The notes under the pieces: generated by a model
Seen by the model: only the letters and a program-made list of their open reading frames with translations
Database searches by the model: none
What the model was told of the DNA's origin: nothing
Translations under genes and position numbers: made by a program
Shown: positions 60,484 through 64,000 of the stretch, piece after piece
Layout of the letters: each line of letters opens with the position of its first letter
How positions within the stretch are numbered: the stretch's first letter is position 1
Source: Squalus acanthias
Taxonomy: Eukaryota
NCBI GenBank assembly: GCA_030390025.1
Contig: CM059432.1
Location: forward strand, 22,694,001 to 22,758,000
DNA length: 64,000 nucleotides
Direction of reading: 5' to 3'

Positions 60484-63176
60484 GGCCCTGATAATAACTC
60501 GGAGGTGCGTTGGGAGCTGGGGGTGGTGGTCCAATATCGCGTGGATACCCAGGCGTAAGTTCAACGCAGCTGTCTGTGGCATTTTAACGCAGGCAGCTCA
60601 TTATCGTTCTACTTCTGAGCTGTCGTCGATTGCACGGCTGCGCGTGGTGCGGATCCGCAGGACGCGATCTCAACTCCAGTATTTAAAGGGCCAATCCAAA
60701 GATGGAATTTGGAGGAGTTGGGAGTTGGAAGCAAGAGAGCAAAAACTTTGGCAATAGATTCAGGACTATCAAAGGCTGCGCCCCGCTTTAATGAAGCCTC
60801 CCTTGATGTACTGCTGGGGGCAGTGAGGAGCCGCAATGTAAGGAAGAAACCCGCTGCTGCCACAAAGAAGACCTGGCTGGAGGTGGCCCTGGAGGTCAGC
60901 AGTAGGAGCATTGTGCCACGGTCCTGGAAGTCCAGGAAGTGCTTTAATGACCTAAGCAGGTCAGGAAAGGTGAGTACAGTTGTACATTCACCTACATCAT
61001 GCTGTGCGCAGATGGCTGAGTCTCCCCCTTCACAGGTGCAGGTGGGGCAGTCTTTGGCGGGGCCTTCACGGGCTCCAAAACTGAGAGGTCGATGGCCAAG
61101 AGCATCTCCGAGCAGGGATCTGAGCAGCCTGTCTCTACCTCTGCTGAAGCCACAGGGGTTGCACTAAGTAAGAGCGGTAGAAAAAGGAAGATTAAAGCTT
61201 TGTAGTTCACCAAGGGTATGCATGTGGGTGTATGAGAAAATGTTATGTTGTGAAGTGTCCATAACATCACATAAAATTTATCACTTTGCACCACTTTCCC
61301 GTGTTACCTATTCTTGGTTGCTGGGTGGCAACTCACCCTTTCACTTTATTGATGGTGAATGGTGATGGTGAATGGGAAGACATGAATTGATGGGAACCAA
61401 TGGGGGGATATGCAATTGGTGTCTAGTTGTTTGCAGGATTGCTTTGTGTCAGTGGTATTGGGGGGAGGGGGGCATTGCATGTGGTTCTGAATTTGTCCAG
61501 TGGTGGTAACTAACTGAACCTTGCATTAATAAGGGCATCACTGGCATCCCGGGCAGCAATGTGAGCAGCTGGTGCTGCATTGGCATTGTCACCTTCCTCC
61601 TCCTCATCTTCCTCCTCCTACTCCTCGGAATCGTCCAAAGTGGATCTGGGCTCTGCGCCTTGTTCCTCCTGCAGCTCCAAACCTTGCTGCTGCGCAATGT
61701 TGTGCAGAGCGCAGCACACCACAAGCATTCTGGACACCCTGCCTGGGGCATCCTGAAGGGCGCCTCCAGATCTGTCCAGGCACCTTGTTCAATGTCACAT
61801 CAGGTGGTCATCTGGCTTTCCTTGTACCGCTCTTGAACTTCATTGTTTGGGTTTCTCACGGGTGTCATCAGCCAAGTTTGAAGGGGGTATCCCTTGTCTC
61901 CTTGCAACCACCCCTTAAATCTGCTTCGAGGTCCAAAGATGTCAGGAACCTTTGACTGCCACAGGACGAAAGTATCATGGCAGCTCCCCAGGAATCTTGC
62001 GCACACCTGTGTAAATATCTCTTTGTGGTTGAACACAGCTGCACATTAATGGAGTGGAAGCCCTTGCGGTTCAAGAATACTCTTGGTTGATCTGGAGGTG
62101 TATGGATTGCCATGTGTGTGCAGTCGATGACGCCCTGCACCTGTGGGAAGCCAGCCAGAGACGCAAACCTGTGCGCCCGGTCATTCTGACTGGCGTCATC
62201 ACAGGCGAAGTTGACATCATTGCCGGCCCTGGCAAACAACCCATCAGTCACCTGCCTTCTGCATTTGTGAGCTGCCAACTGGGAGATCCTGGCTATGTCT
62301 CCAGCAGCACCCTGGAATGATCCAGAGGCAAAAATGTTGAGGGCGGTGGTCACTTTGACAGCCACTGGTGAGGCTTGGCCACCAGGTCCAGCAGGGAGCA
62401 GGTCTTCTTTTAGCAGGCTGCAGATGGCTGCCACCACCTGACACAACAACCTGAGCCTCCGGAAGCACTGTTGTTCCGACATGTCAAGAAAGCTCAGCCT
62501 CTGCCTGCACACCCTGTGTCGCCGGTAGTGCCTCCAGCGGGCTGCACCCATCTGCTGCTCCCCTCTCTGCTGCTCCCAGCTCTGATATCCAGCTGAAGGT
62601 CTGTCACCAACAGGCTTCCACTGCTAGTGGTCCCCTCTTTGATGCCCGACTGCAGGTCTGTTAACAACAGGCTGTTGCTGCTGCTGGTGCTGTTCACATT
62701 GCTCCTCGTCGAGGTCCAATCTAAGGCAGCCAAGGTGCCACCCCCCATCCTGATCTGTTGTGAAAACCTCCAGTGTAGATAGTAAACTCTCAGCAAAAGT
62801 ACTGTGAACAAACCCTTTCTCACTGATAGGTAAGAAAGCAGCTGTGAGTACTGAGTATTATTGCAGTATTTGTATGAATTTTAATCAGCCCCCCCAATTG
62901 CTGTTGTGTTCTCACTTTGCTTTCAATGGGGAGTATCAGGTTGGATGCAACATTAAAGTTAAAAGTGTGTTGACATTTTTTTTTGAGCGATTAGCATATG
63001 TTAATAGGAAACCCGCCTCTCCTTGGGGAGTATTGTGCAACCAATGTAATGCGCCTGAGTTAAATGCGGAATTCGGTAGGTTGGAGCCAGCTTCCCGATG
63101 CACTCACATTTTTGCTGGCTTTAACCCCTCCGCCCGCACCTAAATCCACCCCCGACTCCATGTTAAAATTTCCCCC
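60484..63176. mobile_element. Second decayed Harbinger element (Myb remnant +, transposase -)
   Basis: AAT on both sides, degenerate TIRs. Myb exon APRFNEASLDVLL..WLEVALEV..RKCFNDLSRSGK|gtgagt (~60700-60970). Confidence 0.75.
61510..62748 (-). pseudogene. HARBI1-like DDE transposase, frameshifted
   Basis: AVKVTTALNIFASGSFQ, FASLAGFPQVQGVIDCTH, NRKGFHSINVQL, GSCHD, GDKGYPLQTWLMTP. Confidence 0.9.
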
Positions 63177-63552
63177 AATGGGTCCTTAAAATTGAGTCAG
63201 TAGTCAAACTGAACATGAGTAAAGGAAAGGGATAATGCTAATTAAGCTATGAAAGCTTATACAAACCAAACATTCCTTGCCAGGGATGGAAAACTAGCCA
63301 TCAAGTCCACAGGCCCAGAGACGACTTGTTAAGGGGGACATAAAGGTGTCCTGCCTTATCTGGAGCTGTCTGTGACCTCTTTGTTAGCAAATACCTGAGT
63401 AAACGAGTGATGTGGCACATCTATGGACTGGTGCTTTATTGATTTGGAGGTTCTGCTGCAGCCATCCTCCATTATCAGCACCCGTTGTCCGAGAAAATGG
63501 GAGCGATGGCTAAGGTTAAGTGAATGTTAAGGCTGGAAGGCTTTAAAGTGCT

Positions 63553-63628
63553 TAATAGAAAGATGAGGTGCTGCTCATCAAGCTTGCGTTGAGCTTTATT
63601 GGAACAGTGTAGGAGGCCAAGGACAGAT
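63553..63628 (-). mobile_element. Penelope GIY-YIG fragment
   Basis: Homologous to ~38730-38805 (aagatgaggtgc..aagcttgcgttgagc..ggaacagtg..gaggccaaggac). Confidence 0.65.
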
Positions 63629-64000
63629 AATCTAATACTATTAACTTGTCAGCTATCTAAGGAGTTTCATTCTAAATTAATCTCAGCAACCTATATCAAT
63701 CTCAGACACTGATCATAACTGTAAATTTATAATCAGCAAGCAGTTAATGCTGAACTATTGATATAGAAGAAAGCCAGATAAATGGAGTTGCATTACAGAT
63801 AAGTGGTGATCTAATTGAATGGCGGAACAGGCGGAAGGGGCGGTGCAATACTGCCGGTGTTGCAATAACTCTCAGGACAAATTTCTATGCCAATTTGTCC
63901 TGCACTGTTATCTAACCATGTGCACTTTCTAGCAGGAGTCACTGGATAAAAGTTAGGAACTGTACCCCTGTATAATTTTGCTGAGGACAGTTGTGTCACG

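Noticed and set aside
57575..62748. HARBI1 / NAIF1 host genes
   Set aside because: Frameshifted, inside TSD-bounded elements and multi-copy: transposon relics.

Overview
Eukaryotic, transposon-saturated non-coding DNA (intergenic or intronic). The repeat families (CR1 LINEs, Deu-domain SINEs like the shark SacSINE1 type, Penelope terminal pieces, many Harbinger derivatives) point to a cartilaginous fish; that is inferred from family recognition, not a database search. No host gene could be identified. The only intact protein-coding unit is a complete pogo/Tigger DNA transposon (3235-6104) with TA TSDs, 24-bp TIRs, a 590-aa DD32D transposase with a PIP-like box, and a 53-bp tandem array upstream of the ATG. 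A 413-bp deletion derivative of it lies at 32760-33172. Other highlights: minimal type I hammerhead-ribozyme motifs in several Penelope termini; two decayed two-gene Harbinger elements (spliced Myb/SANT gene plus HARBI1-like transposase) and related MITEs with non-canonical 3-bp TSDs; three distinct solo LTRs with 4-bp TSDs; a small hAT MITE; and several multi-layer nested insertions whose order can be read from TSDs. Boundaries of old, decayed repeats are approximate (tens of bp).
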